This document shows positions 21,276 through 30,980 of a stretch of DNA of 64,000 bases, in pieces. Under the pieces are notes generated by a model that worked only from the letters and a program-made list of their open reading frames with translations, did no database searches and had not been told where the DNA came from. Positions within the stretch are counted from its first letter, which is position 1, and every line of letters begins with the position of its first letter. The stretch is from Deferribacterales bacterium. Its GTDB lineage: Bacteria; Chrysiogenota; Deferribacteres; Deferribacterales; Geovibrionaceae. The position numbers were made by a program, and so were the translations under genes. Location: the NCBI GenBank assembly GCA_050253075.1, contig JBFWJS010000002.1, forward strand, positions 480,001 to 544,000, in the 5' to 3' direction.

Positions 21276-23033
21276 ATACTATTCGGTAATATCGGAGGTT
21301 TAAAACCTCATCAGACACAGAACCTTGAGAAGCTCTATTCCAGAAAGGCAGGGGTGAACGAAACCATCCAGCCCGAACTGGCTAAGACCATCTGCTCCTT
21401 ATCATTCGAGCTGAACAGACAGATAGGCATACTCGCCGACCGTAAAGGTAACGTACAGTATGTCATTGTGGGCGATACGAACGAAGTATTCATACCCAGT
21501 CTGGAGAGGTTCCCCATCGTACCGGGAAGCCTGCGGGGGCTGAGACTGCTCCACACCCACCTGAAAGGCGAAGACATCACAGATGACGACCTTACAGACC
21601 TTGCTCTGCTCAGGCTCGACAGCGTGACCGCCCTGCACTTTAACCCGCAGGGGCATCCATACAGGATGCAGACGGCGCACCTGCTCCCGCCTGACAACTA
21701 TAACTATTTCGACTTTATGACAGACACAGACCCGCACAGGCAGTCTGTGGACTATCAGGCTTTCATCACAGAGCTGGAAAGCGAGATATCCTCAAAGACA
21801 AAGCGTCTGCACAAGGTGGACGAAGGGAATGTCACCATGCTCATCGGATGCTATCCGTCCAGAGCACATGCGAGGGAAAATATGGCAGAGCTTTCAGAGC
21901 TCGCCCGCAGTGCGAATATGTATGTCATAGACGAAGTTGTTCAGCTGAAAGATAAAATCCACCCAAAATATGTCATCGGACCGGGAAAGCTGAAAGAGAT
22001 AGTCATAAAATCCATGCAGAGCGGCGTGGAGTTCCTCGTTTTTGATAACCCGCTCTCCCCTGCACAGGCGAAGTCGATCGCAGACTTCACCGATCTGAAG
22101 ATCCTCGACAGACCTCAGCTCATCCTCGACATCTTTGCCAAAAGAGCAAAGACAAACGACGGCAAGATACGTGTGGAGCTCGCACAGCTTAAATATCTGC
22201 TCCCGAGACTCTCACAGAGGGACGACTCCCTTTCGCGTCTTACAGGCGGAATAGGCGGACGTGGCCCCGGTAATACGAAGCTGGAGATAGACAGAAGGCG
22301 CATCAACGACCGCATCGCCATGCTTTCGAAAAAACTGAAACACATCGAAAAGAACAGAGAGACAATGAGGCGCAAGCGAAACAGGAACGAACTGCCCATA
22401 GTCTCCATCATAGGATATACCAACGCAGGGAAATCCACCCTGCTGAACAGCCTCACCCAGAGCGGGGTCTATGCGGACAACCTTATGTTTGCCACACTGG
22501 ACACCAGCTCAAAGAGGATAAGGTTCCCTCAGGAGCGTGACGTCATCATCACCGACACGGTGGGATTCATCCGAGACCTCCCCGAAAACCTGAAAGGAGC
22601 TTTCAAAAGCACCCTTGAGGAGCTTCAGGACGCCGACGCGCTTCTGCATGTGGTGGATGTCTGCTCCGACGGCTTTAATTCCAGGGTCGCATCCGTGGAA
22701 GCGGTGCTTCAGGAGCTTGAGCTTACGGACAAAGAGACTATATTAGTACTTAATAAAATAGATATGCTCGAACAGTTTGAGACGGACTATATACAGTTCG
22801 GCGAGATGGACGAGCTGGGCGATCCGGAGAAATATGAGCGGGCACACGGCATAGTGAACCTTATCGAAAGGTATAACAAGGTATGTATGGTGACGGCTCT
22901 GGACAGGAAGTCTTTCCGAGAGCTGCTGGAGCTCATCAGGCTGACACTGTTCGCCGACGGCATAGACATCGAGCCGATGGGCATAGAAGACTATTACGGT
23001 CACAGGAGCATAGATGACACCTTTGAGTCCTAG
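21276..23033 (+). CDS. hflX: Ribosome-splitting GTPase HflX, long N-terminal form (probable ATA start)
   Basis: ILDIFAKRA, GIGGRGPG, GYTNAGKS, FATLD, DTVGF, NKID. The frame extends upstream of GTG 21354 to ATA 21276 after GGAG. Confidence 0.93.
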   Translation: MLFGNIGGLKPHQTQNLEKLYSRKAGVNETIQPELAKTICSLSFELNRQIGILADRKGNVQYVIVGDTNEVFIPSLERFPIVPGSLRGLRLLHTHLKGEDITDDDLTDLALLRLDSVTALHFNPQGHPYRMQTAHLLPPDNYNYFDFMTDTDPHRQSVDYQAFITELESEISSKTKRLHKVDEGNVTMLIGCYPSRAHARENMAELSELARSANMYVIDEVVQLKDKIHPKYVIGPGKLKEIVIKSMQSGVEFLVFDNPLSPAQAKSIADFTDLKILDRPQLILDIFAKRAKTNDGKIRVELAQLKYLLPRLSQRDDSLSRLTGGIGGRGPGNTKLEIDRRRINDRIAMLSKKLKHIEKNRETMRRKRNRNELPIVSIIGYTNAGKSTLLNSLTQSGVYADNLMFATLDTSSKRIRFPQERDVIITDTVGFIRDLPENLKGAFKSTLEELQDADALLHVVDVCSDGFNSRVASVEAVLQELELTDKETILVLNKIDMLEQFETDYIQFGEMDELGDPEKYERAHGIVNLIERYNKVCMVTALDRKSFRELLELIRLTLFADGIDIEPMGIEDYYGHRSIDDTFES

Positions 23034-23361
23034 CGAAGTAATAAAATTCCGCTCCGAGTGCTATAAAGCATCCGACGGGGCGGGAGTGTATCACCTGTAT
23101 TCGGCAAAGAGCGATCTGAGGAAGCTGTTCAAAGCGGACGACTTCACCGAGCACTTCGGCATGCTGACGAAAAACAGCGAGCACGCAGGACTTATGATCG
23201 TTTCAGAAAATATAAAAGACACACTGGCAGAAGTAAAATATGTCGAACATATAAGTGAACGAGGGGAAATGGTTACATTCTATTCGAAAACTTTTTTCAC
23301 CCGAGAGAACGGCCAGTGGAAGATCCTGAAAGAAAAAAGGGAACAAACGTCAGGTTTTTGA
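23014..23361 (+). CDS. Hypothetical protein (possibly NTF2/YchJ-like fold)
   Basis: Overlaps the hflX end, has an AGGAG SD, and ends FTRENGQWKI. Confidence 0.55.
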   Translation: MTPLSPSEVIKFRSECYKASDGAGVYHLYSAKSDLRKLFKADDFTEHFGMLTKNSEHAGLMIVSENIKDTLAEVKYVEHISERGEMVTFYSKTFFTRENGQWKILKEKREQTSGF

Positions 23362-23370
23362 AATTTACTC

Positions 23371-23399
23371 TTGAAAAAGGTATCATAATATTCTATAAG
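23371..23399 (+). promoter_or_regulatory. Sigma70-type promoter for the tRNA pair
   Basis: TTGAAA-17 bp-TATAAG. Confidence 0.7.
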
Positions 23400-23417
23400 T
23401 ATTTCCTGCTTTGTTAC

Positions 23418-23506
23418 GGAGGAGTGTCCGAGTCTGGCTTAAGGAGGCGGTCTTGAAAACCGTTGAGCGTGCGAGCGTTCCGTGGGTTCGAATCCTACCT
23501 CCTCCG
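23418..23506 (+). tRNA. tRNA-Ser(TGA)
   Basis: ggaggag/ctcc acceptor stem, cttgaaa anticodon loop, long variable arm, ggttcgaatcc; CCA not encoded. Confidence 0.95.
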
Positions 23507-23532
23507 TTTCTTTTTTTTAATTTACCTAAAAG

Positions 23533-23623
23533 GGAGTGGTGGCCGAGCTAGGCTGAAGGCGCTCGCCTGCTAAGTGAGTATACGGCATATACCGTATCGA
23601 GGGTTCGAATCCCTCCCACTCCG
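23533..23623 (+). tRNA. tRNA-Ser(GCT)
   Basis: ggagtgg/ccactcc acceptor stem, ctgctaa anticodon loop, long variable arm, ggttcgaatcc; CCA not encoded. Confidence 0.95.
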
Positions 23624-23651
23624 CTTTTAAATTTGTGGTTTGAGGATAGAC

Positions 23652-24188
23652 ATGAAAAAACTTTTAGTAAGCCTTCTGATGGTTGCGTTTCTCGCAGCTT
23701 GCTCACAGGGCGTTGTCGAAGACGAGCAGACTAACGCTGCTCCTGCGCAAACATCTACATCTGTAGAAAATCCACACGCTGATCAACCTGCTGCTGACCC
23801 ACACGCCGGTGTTGCTACACCTAAAGAGCGTAAGTTTGACATCCCGCAGGCTGTTTCAGACAAATACAAAAGCCTCATCATCGAGGTTAAAAACCTTACA
23901 GAAAACAGCTCTGTTGAGACCGACGTGCTTATCGGTCAGAAAGCAGAAGTTACAGGTACTCCTTTCGAAGTACAGGTAGAATACTACCTTCCGGACTTCG
24001 TTATCAACGCTGACGGTGTTATCACAACACGCTCCGCTGAAGAGAACAACCCTGTAGCTAAGATCAAAGTTTTCAAATTCGGAGAGGTTTTCTTCGACGG
24101 ATGGCTTTACAAAAACCATCCTAACGAGCACGGTGCTTTCGATAACGAAGCATACAGCATCGCACTTGTTAAATCTGTAACTAAGTAA
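23652..24188 (+). CDS. Lipoprotein, DUF2155-like
   Basis: MKKLL..LAAC lipobox, NPHA/DPHAG linker, NPVAKIKV..FDGWLY..HGAF. Confidence 0.7.
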   Translation: MKKLLVSLLMVAFLAACSQGVVEDEQTNAAPAQTSTSVENPHADQPAADPHAGVATPKERKFDIPQAVSDKYKSLIIEVKNLTENSSVETDVLIGQKAEVTGTPFEVQVEYYLPDFVINADGVITTRSAEENNPVAKIKVFKFGEVFFDGWLYKNHPNEHGAFDNEAYSIALVKSVTK

Positions 24189-24213
24189 GTTACTAACCAA
24201 TTTCAGAAACTAC

Positions 24214-24241
24214 AAAGGGCATCTTCGGATGCCCTTTTTTT
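24214..24241 (+). terminator. Rho-independent terminator
   Basis: aaagggcatc-ttcg-gatgccctttttt. Confidence 0.85.
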
Positions 24242-24336
24242 GTGTGAATATAAAGTGCCACACTGCCTTTGTATTATGCCTACGGTATCGCCCGGCACAT
24301 CCATAACTTTGAATCCAATTTCTACTTAGACTTGAA

Positions 24337-24419
24337 GTCATTCTGAGGGAGTGAAGCGACCGTAAGAATCTCACTAATGTCTTAAGATCCTCACGCTTGC
24401 TTCGCACGCTCAGGATGAC
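24337..24419. repeat. Family A palindrome
   Basis: gtcattctgag..aagaatct..agatcct..ctcaggatgac. Confidence 0.85.
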
Positions 24420-24431
24420 TCAATGTACTAT

Positions 24432-24459
24432 AAAAAAAGGGGAGCATAAGCTCCCCTTT
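24432..24459 (-). terminator. Terminator of ilvBNC
   Basis: ggggagc/gctcccc stem with a T-run on the minus strand. Confidence 0.85.
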
Positions 24460-24531
24460 GGTTCGTTAATCTTAAGTATCAGAGTGGAGGCAAAGTGCGT
24501 CCTCTCTAATATGGTCGGCGATAATTTCGCC

Positions 24532-25548
24532 TTAGTTTCTTGATTTGTCTACGATCTTGCCTTTATCAAGCCAGCTCATAAGACCACGGAGTTTCTGACC
24601 GACTTCTTCGATAGGGTGCTCTGCGCCCATTCTTGTGAGAGCTGTGAAGTTAGGGCAGTTAGCCTTGTTCTCAAGCATCCACTCGTTAGCGAACTGACCG
24701 GACTGGATCTCGTAGAGAACCTGCTTCATTCTCTCTTTCACGTCAGGAGTGATAACTCTCGGGCCTCTTGTAAGGTCGCCGTACTGAGCTGTGTTAGAGA
24801 TAGAATAGCGCATGTTTGTGATACCGCCTTCGTAGATAAGGTCTACGATGAGCTTAACTTCGTGAAGACACTCGTAGTATGCCATCTCAGGAGCGTATCC
24901 TGCCTCTGTAAGAGTCTCGAATCCGTACTGGATAAGCTGAGCAAGACCACCGCAAAGAACAACCTGCTCGCCGAAGAGGTCAGTTTCTGTCTCTTCTTTG
25001 AATGTTGTCTGAAGGATAGCAGCTCTCGCACCGCCGATACCGTTAGCGTATGAAAGTGCCATATCGAGAGAGTCGCCTGTGTAGTCCTGATGAACAGCAA
25101 CGAGGCAAGGAACGCCTGCGCCCTTCTCATACTCAGCACGAACGAGGTGACCAGGTCCCTTAGGAGCGATCATAACAACGTTAACGTTTGCAGGTGGTGT
25201 GATCTGGTTAAAAAGGATGTTGAAACCGTGAGCGAAAGCGAGGTAGTTTCCTTCCTCAAGTCCCGGCTCGATAGCTTCTTTGTATATATCGCCCTGAGAC
25301 TCGTCAGGAGCGAGAACCATGATAAAGTCAGCCCACTTACAAGCTTCCTTTACTTCCATAACTTTAAGTCCTGCGCCTTCAGCTTTTTTCCAGCTGGAGC
25401 TTCCCTCACGAAGGGCAACGCATACATCAACGCCGGAATCCTTCATGTTGTTTGTGTGGCCGTAACCCTGAGAACCATAGCCGATAACAGCTACTTTCTT
25501 AGTTTTGATCAGCTCAAGGTTAGTGTCCTTTTCGTAATAGATTTTCAT
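24532..25548 (-). CDS. ilvC: Ketol-acid reductoisomerase
   Basis: [32 protein letters not shown]. Confidence 0.96.
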   Translation of the reverse strand: MKIYYEKDTNLELIKTKKVAVIGYGSQGYGHTNNMKDSGVDVCVALREGSSSWKKAEGAGLKVMEVKEACKWADFIMVLAPDESQGDIYKEAIEPGLEEGNYLAFAHGFNILFNQITPPANVNVVMIAPKGPGHLVRAEYEKGAGVPCLVAVHQDYTGDSLDMALSYANGIGGARAAILQTTFKEETETDLFGEQVVLCGGLAQLIQYGFETLTEAGYAPEMAYYECLHEVKLIVDLIYEGGITNMRYSISNTAQYGDLTRGPRVITPDVKERMKQVLYEIQSGQFANEWMLENKANCPNFTALTRMGAEHPIEEVGQKLRGLMSWLDKGKIVDKSRN

Positions 25549-25585
25549 TTCATTTAACCTCTATATTTATACTAAAATCTTTCCA

Positions 25586-25619
25586 GAGATTGCCGCGTGG
25601 CGTAGCTCCCCGCAATGAC
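25586..25619. repeat. Family A-related half element
   Basis: gagattgccgc..cgcaatgac, the same end as in the 34937-35057 copy. Confidence 0.55.
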
Positions 25620-25710
25620 AAATGCTTTGCAGTTGACCAACGGGAAACGTAAAACGAGAACCTCTGACTATTCTAACAGTCTGGTGATTCGCCTGCAGGT
25701 GCTGACCTGC

Positions 25711-26211
25711 CTACTTGTTGTCGCTGGTCGGCTTGCTGCCTCTGCTGAGGGCTATTGCGCCTGTTCTTGCGACTTCTATTATGCCGTACGGCTCGAGCAC
25801 CTTAACAAATGCCATCAGCTTATCTTTCTCGCCTGTGATCTCTACCACAAGTGAGTTGTTTGTGATATCTACTGTTTTGCCTCTGAAAGTGCTTATAATA
25901 TTAAAAAGTTCTGAACGTGTGGTGCCTGTGGTTCTCACCTTTACAAGCATCATCTCACGCTCGATATGCTCCATCTGGCTGACATCGCGAACACGGATAA
26001 CGTTAACCAGCTTTCTCAGCTGTTTGATTATCTGCTCGATAACGGCATCGTCACCGCTTGTCACGATGGTCATTATGGATATGTTCGGGTCGAGCGTCTT
26101 ATTAACGGAGAGCGACTCGATGTTATACCCTCTACCGCTGAAAAGTCCTGATATGCGGGAGAGAACTCCGAATTTGTTTTCAACAATTACGCAAATAGTA
26201 TGTCTCATCAT
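25711..26211 (-). CDS. ilvN: Acetolactate synthase small subunit
   Basis: VENKFGVLSRISGLFSGRGYNIESL, EQIIKQL, EVARTG. Confidence 0.95.
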   Translation of the reverse strand: MMRHTICVIVENKFGVLSRISGLFSGRGYNIESLSVNKTLDPNISIMTIVTSGDDAVIEQIIKQLRKLVNVIRVRDVSQMEHIEREMMLVKVRTTGTTRSELFNIISTFRGKTVDITNNSLVVEITGEKDKLMAFVKVLEPYGIIEVARTGAIALSRGSKPTSDNK

Positions 26212-26222
26212 GTCAGTTCTCC

Positions 26223-27914
26223 TTACTTCAGCAGCATTTCGTTTATTGCGGCGCCCGCAGGGATCATCGGGAAGACGTTCTCTTCTCTATCCACAACGAA
26301 GTCCATAATTACAGGTTTGTCCTTGATCTTAAGGGATTCCCTGATAGCATCCTCTACGTCCTCTTTCTTTTCGATACGCATACCGACAGCGTTGAAAGAT
26401 TCTGCGAGTTTAACGAAATCCGGCTGGCAGTCGAGACAGCATTCGCTGTATCTGTTGTTGAAGAACATGTTCTGCCACTGGCGGATCATACCGAGATATT
26501 TGTTGTTAAGTATCGCTACTTTAACGGCAACGTTATACTGAACGGCAGTACATATCTCCTGTATGTTCATCATGAATGAGCCGTCACCGGCTATGTCGAA
26601 AACCTCTCTGTCAGGGCAGCCGAGCTTTGCGCCTATAGCAGCGGGGAAGCCGTAGCCCATTGTTCCCAGACCGCCTGAGGAGACGAACTGGCGAGGTTTA
26701 TCGTATTTATAAAACTGTCCCGCCCACATCTGGTTCTGGCCAACTTCTGTACAGATGATGGCATCGCCCTTTGTAACTTTGTAGATGGATTCCACAACGA
26801 ACTGAGGCTTTATGATGTCTGTTGTGCGGTCATAGTCGAAAGGATGTTTTGCATCCCATGCTTTAATTTTTGCCATCCAGTCTTTTCTGGCGTTCATGTT
26901 TTTGTCCCAGTTGTATTTATCCATCTCACCTAGGATCTGGTTAAGCACAACCTTACAGTCGCCAACGATAGGAACGTCTATCTTAACGTTCTTACTGATG
27001 CTGGAAGGGTCGACGTCGATATGAGCGATGCTCGCATTAGGAGCGAATCCGTCAAGACGTCCTGTGGAACGGTCGGAGAACCTTGTTCCCACGGCAAGGA
27101 TAAAGTCTGGCTCTGCCATTGCCATGTTCGAAGCATAGTTTCCGTGCATGCCGAGCCATCCGATATAGTTATCGTGTGTGCCCGGGATACCGCCCTGCCC
27201 GAGGAAGGATGATATAACGGGAACTCCCGTCATTTCGGAGAACTTTGTCATCTCTTCGTGAGCTTCGGAGATAACAACACCGCCGCCCATATATATTACC
27301 GGCTTTTTCGCACCTTCGAGGAGACGGAGCATCTTTTTAATCTGCCCTGTGTGTCCTTTTACGGTCGGGTTATAGCCTGGAAGTTCGATTTTGCTAGGCC
27401 ATTTGAACTCAGCTTTCTGAGACATAATGTCCTTTGGAAGGTCGATAACAACAGGTCCCGGACGTCCGGTAGCGGCGATGTGATACGCCTCTCTGATAAC
27501 TGTTGTGATCTCGTCTGCGCTGGAGAGCAGGTAGCTGTGCTTTACTATCGGTCTTGTGATACCGATTATGTCTGCTTCCTGAAATGCGTCTCCCCCGATG
27601 AGTGTGGTAGCAACCTGACCTGTGAATACAACCATAGGTACAGAGTCCATCTGCGCATTGCAGATACCTGTAACGAGGTTTGTAGCACCGGGGCCTGATG
27701 TACCGAAGCAAACGCCGACTTTACCCGTGGCTCTTGCATATCCGTCAGCAGCGTGTATACCGCCCTGTTCGTGTCTTGGGAGAATGTGTTTGATGTCTGA
27801 GTCGAAAAGTGTGTCGTAAACACCGAGAAGAACACCGCCGGGATAACCGAAGATAAGGTCTGTTCCCTGTTTACGCAGTGATTCTACGAGGATTTCTGCT
27901 CCTGTCATTTTCAT
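26223..27914 (-). CDS. ilvB: Acetolactate synthase large subunit
   Basis: FGYPGG, RHEQ, TSGPGATN, DAFQEAD, SGGLGTMG, GDGS..NN; ATG at 27914 after GAGGAG. Confidence 0.96.
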   Translation of the reverse strand: MKMTGAEILVESLRKQGTDLIFGYPGGVLLGVYDTLFDSDIKHILPRHEQGGIHAADGYARATGKVGVCFGTSGPGATNLVTGICNAQMDSVPMVVFTGQVATTLIGGDAFQEADIIGITRPIVKHSYLLSSADEITTVIREAYHIAATGRPGPVVIDLPKDIMSQKAEFKWPSKIELPGYNPTVKGHTGQIKKMLRLLEGAKKPVIYMGGGVVISEAHEEMTKFSEMTGVPVISSFLGQGGIPGTHDNYIGWLGMHGNYASNMAMAEPDFILAVGTRFSDRSTGRLDGFAPNASIAHIDVDPSSISKNVKIDVPIVGDCKVVLNQILGEMDKYNWDKNMNARKDWMAKIKAWDAKHPFDYDRTTDIIKPQFVVESIYKVTKGDAIICTEVGQNQMWAGQFYKYDKPRQFVSSGGLGTMGYGFPAAIGAKLGCPDREVFDIAGDGSFMMNIQEICTAVQYNVAVKVAILNNKYLGMIRQWQNMFFNNRYSECCLDCQPDFVKLAESFNAVGMRIEKKEDVEDAIRESLKIKDKPVIMDFVVDREENVFPMIPAGAAINEMLLK

Positions 27915-28116
27915 ATAAAAAACTCCTCGCTTCAATTATTAACCGTTGTCTTATGTATAATTTACCCGAAGAGCGAAAGTGTTGACGGCTCTTCCCGATA
28001 AATCCCACCTACTCCAGAGCAACGGCCCGAAGCTAAAAATGTATGACGGCAGAACAGCATCTGTGTCGATACTGTACTCCTTTGCCGGAAAAACAGCAGA
28101 ATGTTTCACCGGCGGG
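27915..28116 (-). promoter_or_regulatory. Structured ~200-nt 5' leader of ilvBNC (candidate cis-regulatory RNA)
   Basis: Several hairpins between the promoter and the SD (see findings). Confidence 0.5.
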
Positions 28117-28122
28117 TCTACT

Positions 28123-28151
28123 GTTATAAAGTACAAAACGGATAGTTTCAA
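28123..28151 (-). promoter_or_regulatory. Sigma70-type promoter of ilvBNC
   Basis: TTGAAA-17 bp-TATAAC on the minus strand. Confidence 0.7.
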
Positions 28152-28182
28152 CCCTTAAATTCAAAAAAGCCCGTTTCAACCC

Positions 28183-28413
28183 CTAGCCCCTCAAAAGTTT
28201 TGTTGCCGAATCTCTATAACAAACAAAGCTACGTCATTCTGAGCGTAGTGAAGAATCTGATACCATTAGAGAGTCCACATGTTCAGATCCTTCGGCTAAA
28301 GCCTCAGGATGACTAAAAAATTTTCCTGAAACATAAAAACCCCAATCTTATTATTAAAATTGGGGTTTTTCTTATTTTACTTCAAAATTTCGACACGTCT
28401 TTTAAGTCCCTTG
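28183..28413. mobile_element. MITE family C, copy 1 (231 bp)
   Basis: Flanked by the exact 10-bp direct repeat gtttcaaccc (28173-28182 and 28414-28423); colinear with 62887-63116; contains a family A core at 28233-28313. Confidence 0.85.
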
Positions 28414-28465
28414 GTTTCAACCCTGATTTTAAGAGCTGAAGCAGGCTTTGATATTAAATTATTCA

Positions 28466-28507
28466 GTCATCCTGAGCCTGTTGATGATTGACAAACTACG
28501 CAATGAC
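28466..28507. repeat. Family A remnant (ends only)
   Basis: gtcatcctgagc..cgcaatgac. Confidence 0.55.
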
Positions 28508-28518
28508 TTAAATTTTTG

Positions 28519-30363
28519 CTACTTTTCCAGCTGGGAAACGTCGCGTACAGCACCACGGGCAGCACTTGTGGTCATAGCCGCATATGCTCTGAGCGCCTGA
28601 GATACTTTTCTTTCACGCTTAACAGGTTTCCATGCTTTTGCGCCTTTTGCTTCCATAGCTTTGCGTCTCTCTGCGAGTACGGCATCGGAAACACCTATCT
28701 CTATCTTTCTGTTTGGTATGTCGATGTTGATAGTGTCGCCCTCTTCGATCAGACCGATGTTTCCGCCTTCGGCTGCTTCGGGTGAAGCGTGTCCGATGGA
28801 AAGGCCTGATGTACCTCCGGAGAAACGTCCGTCTGTGACGAGTGCGCATGATTTGCCGAGTCCCTTAGACTTTATATAGCTTGTAGGGTACAGCATTTCC
28901 TGCATACCCGGGCCGCCTTTGGGGCCTTCGTAGCGCACGATGACGACATCGCCCGCCTTTACCTTATCACTCAGTATGCCTGCTACGGCTTCGTCCTGAC
29001 TTTCAAATATGCGTGCAGGGCCTGAAAATTTAAGGATGCTGGCATCCACGCCTGCGGTCTTAACGATACAGCCTTCCTCGGCAAAGTTTCCGTAAAGGAC
29101 TGCGAGTCCGCCGTCCTGACTGTATGCGTGTGCTTTATCTCTGATGCATCCGCTCTCGCGGTTTGTGTCGAGTGACTGAGTCTTGCTCTGGCTGAAAGGT
29201 TCGAGCGTAGGCACGTTCCCCGGCGCAGCACTGAATCTCTTCTCTGCTGCTTTGCTGGTCATGACGTCCCATTTAGCAATAACTTCGCCTATGGTCTCCT
29301 GCTGAACGGTGGACTCATCTTTATTGATCAGCCCGGCACGGTCAAGCTCGGCGAGGATACCTATTACGCCCCCTGCACGGTGTACGTCTTCCATATGGTA
29401 TTCCTGTGTGGAAGGAGCAACCTTGCAAAGGTGCGGAACAACACGGGAAAGTCTGTCGATGTCCTTCATGGTAAAGTCTACACCTGCCTCCTGCGCAACG
29501 GCAAGAAGGTGAAGAACTGTATTGGTAGAACCGCCCATGGCTATATCAAGGGACATGGCGTTCTCGAATGTTTTCTTTGTAGCTATCGAACGAGGCAGGA
29601 CGGATGTGTCGTCCTTTTCATAATATGCACGGCAGATGTCCACTATGCGTCTGCCCGCTTCGAGGAAGAGCTCTTTACGCTCGGAGTGTGTCGCCACAAG
29701 GCTTCCGTTACCGGGGAGAGCCATACCGAGAGCTTCGGCGAGGCAGTTCATGGAGTTCGCTGTAAACATACCGGAGCACGAACCGCATGTAGGGCATGCA
29801 GAACGCTCCATTATGAGGCAGTCTTCGTCAGAAACCTGATCGTTAACAGCCGCCACCATAGCATCAATGAGGTCCATCTTTGTCGGTGCTCCGCCTACTT
29901 CCGCCTTACCCGCTTCCATAGGGCCGCCTGATACGAATATCGCAGGGATATTCAGACGCATGGCTGCCATCAGCATCCCCGGTGTGATCTTGTCACAGTT
30001 AGAGATGCAGACGAGTGCATCGGCGCAGTGTGCGTTTGCCATATATTCAACAGAGTCTGCAATGACCTCTCTGGAAGGAAGGCTGTAGAGCATTCCGTCG
30101 TGACCCATAGCGATACCGTCGTCGATGGCGATGGTGTTCATCTCCTTAGCGACACCGCCCGCCCTTTCGATCTCTTCGGCGACAAGCTGTCCGAGGTCTT
30201 TCAGGTGTACGTGTCCGGGGACAAACTGGGTGAATGAGTTCACCACTGCGATGATGGGTTTGTTTTCAAAGTCTGATTCTTTCATACCCGTAGCACGCCA
30301 AAGGGCACGTGCGCCGGCCATATTTCTACCTTTTGTACTGGTATGGGAACGATATGCAGGCAT
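28519..30363 (-). CDS. ilvD: Dihydroxy-acid dehydratase
   Basis: [48 protein letters not shown]. Confidence 0.97.
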   Translation of the reverse strand: MPAYRSHTSTKGRNMAGARALWRATGMKESDFENKPIIAVVNSFTQFVPGHVHLKDLGQLVAEEIERAGGVAKEMNTIAIDDGIAMGHDGMLYSLPSREVIADSVEYMANAHCADALVCISNCDKITPGMLMAAMRLNIPAIFVSGGPMEAGKAEVGGAPTKMDLIDAMVAAVNDQVSDEDCLIMERSACPTCGSCSGMFTANSMNCLAEALGMALPGNGSLVATHSERKELFLEAGRRIVDICRAYYEKDDTSVLPRSIATKKTFENAMSLDIAMGGSTNTVLHLLAVAQEAGVDFTMKDIDRLSRVVPHLCKVAPSTQEYHMEDVHRAGGVIGILAELDRAGLINKDESTVQQETIGEVIAKWDVMTSKAAEKRFSAAPGNVPTLEPFSQSKTQSLDTNRESGCIRDKAHAYSQDGGLAVLYGNFAEEGCIVKTAGVDASILKFSGPARIFESQDEAVAGILSDKVKAGDVVIVRYEGPKGGPGMQEMLYPTSYIKSKGLGKSCALVTDGRFSGGTSGLSIGHASPEAAEGGNIGLIEEGDTINIDIPNRKIEIGVSDAVLAERRKAMEAKGAKAWKPVKRERKVSQALRAYAAMTTSAARGAVRDVSQLEK

Positions 30364-30467
30364 AGCATCCTCTCTGTTTAGTTTATATAGATGTTTAATC
30401 TAATGAATTTAACTCTGTTAAACAAGATTGAATTTAAAATTTCGCTCTTTAAATTGTCTCATGATTT

Positions 30468-30941
30468 ATGTATATTCCACGTATGGATGAAAAAACACAG
30501 TTTCAGGCATCATACTTAATGACGGAAAAGCTCTACCGCACGATGGTATACGGGATATTCCTCTATCCCCTTTTCGTAGCAGGGGTTGAGACCTTCCATT
30601 GGGGCATTTTCCACTTTCTGAACCATGAAACGGTGAAGAAGATGGGGCTCGTCTTCATGGTGCTGACCATAGCGTCATTCCCGCTGACACACGCCACATA
30701 CAGGCTTTTCACCGGAGGGATAAGCGACATCGCACCACTCGGGCGCAGACTCGTCTATATCGAAATACTGAACATGGGGATATCCGAGCTGATCAGCTTT
30801 TACGGAATAGTGATATACATCACCAGTGCCGATCTGAAGTTCTTTTATCTCTTTTTCATCATATCCTTCATACACCTGCTGACCATCAGACCTAGCCGAA
30901 AAAGGTGGCAAAATCACCTTGATAAGATTTCTGTGCATTAA
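30468..30941 (+). CDS. Hypothetical membrane protein (about 4 TM)
   Basis: Hydrophobic segments; co-oriented with the downstream genes. Confidence 0.65.
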   Translation: MYIPRMDEKTQFQASYLMTEKLYRTMVYGIFLYPLFVAGVETFHWGIFHFLNHETVKKMGLVFMVLTIASFPLTHATYRLFTGGISDIAPLGRRLVYIEILNMGISELISFYGIVIYITSADLKFFYLFFIISFIHLLTIRPSRKRWQNHLDKISVH

Positions 30942-30980
30942 ACGGCTTTGCAAAAAAACTTTCTTTTGATAAAATGACTT

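Noticed and set aside
23418..24241. Integrative element at the tRNA-Ser genes
   Set aside because: No integrase and no duplicated tRNA 3' end seen in the window.
27951..28151. ilvB leader peptide or T-box
   Set aside because: The ORF starts inside the -35 box and has no Ile/Leu/Val run; no TGGNACC motif is present.
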